Positions 63,969-64,000 of a stretch of DNA of 64,000 nt are shown in pieces. The notes beneath the pieces were generated by a model. That model worked only from the letters and a program-made list of their open reading frames with translations. It was not told where the DNA came from and made no database searches. The DNA comes from Octopus vulgaris. Its lineage: Eukaryota. The position numbers and the translations under genes are program-made. How positions within the stretch are numbered: position 1 is the stretch's first letter; the number at the start of each line of letters is the position of its first letter. The stretch is taken from NCBI GenBank assembly GCA_951406725.2, contig OX597824.1, positions 75,640,001-75,704,000 on the forward strand. Direction: 5' to 3'.

Positions 63969-64000
63969 TAATCCAAACAAGAAAACACAAAAAAACACAG

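Overview
Eukaryotic, AT-rich, repeat-saturated DNA. The SINE families, the microsatellite load and the LINE types look like an Octopus (coleoid cephalopod) genome, which is an inference from recognised repeat families. No host protein-coding exon can be supported, and almost all listed ORFs are microsatellite or SINE translation artefacts. The main contents are: a near full-length but disrupted RTE-clade LINE (APE endonuclease, RT, PHD-like finger) nested inside a SINE; about 35 tRNA-derived SINE copies from at least four families, including two head-to-tail multimer arrays; a 7 kb 30-bp satellite with two strand flips; two Helitrons; a pogo-like MITE; and remnants of Penelope, HERO/NeSL, CR1 and L1/Tx1 elements. 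The most notable signals are several hammerhead-ribozyme-like motifs (one with an intact core at 53397-53476), an identical hairpin junction shared by the SINE concatemers, a candidate spliced leader exon in the LINE, and a 1 kb near-perfect palindrome. All pairings and alignments were done by eye, and repeat boundaries are approximate.
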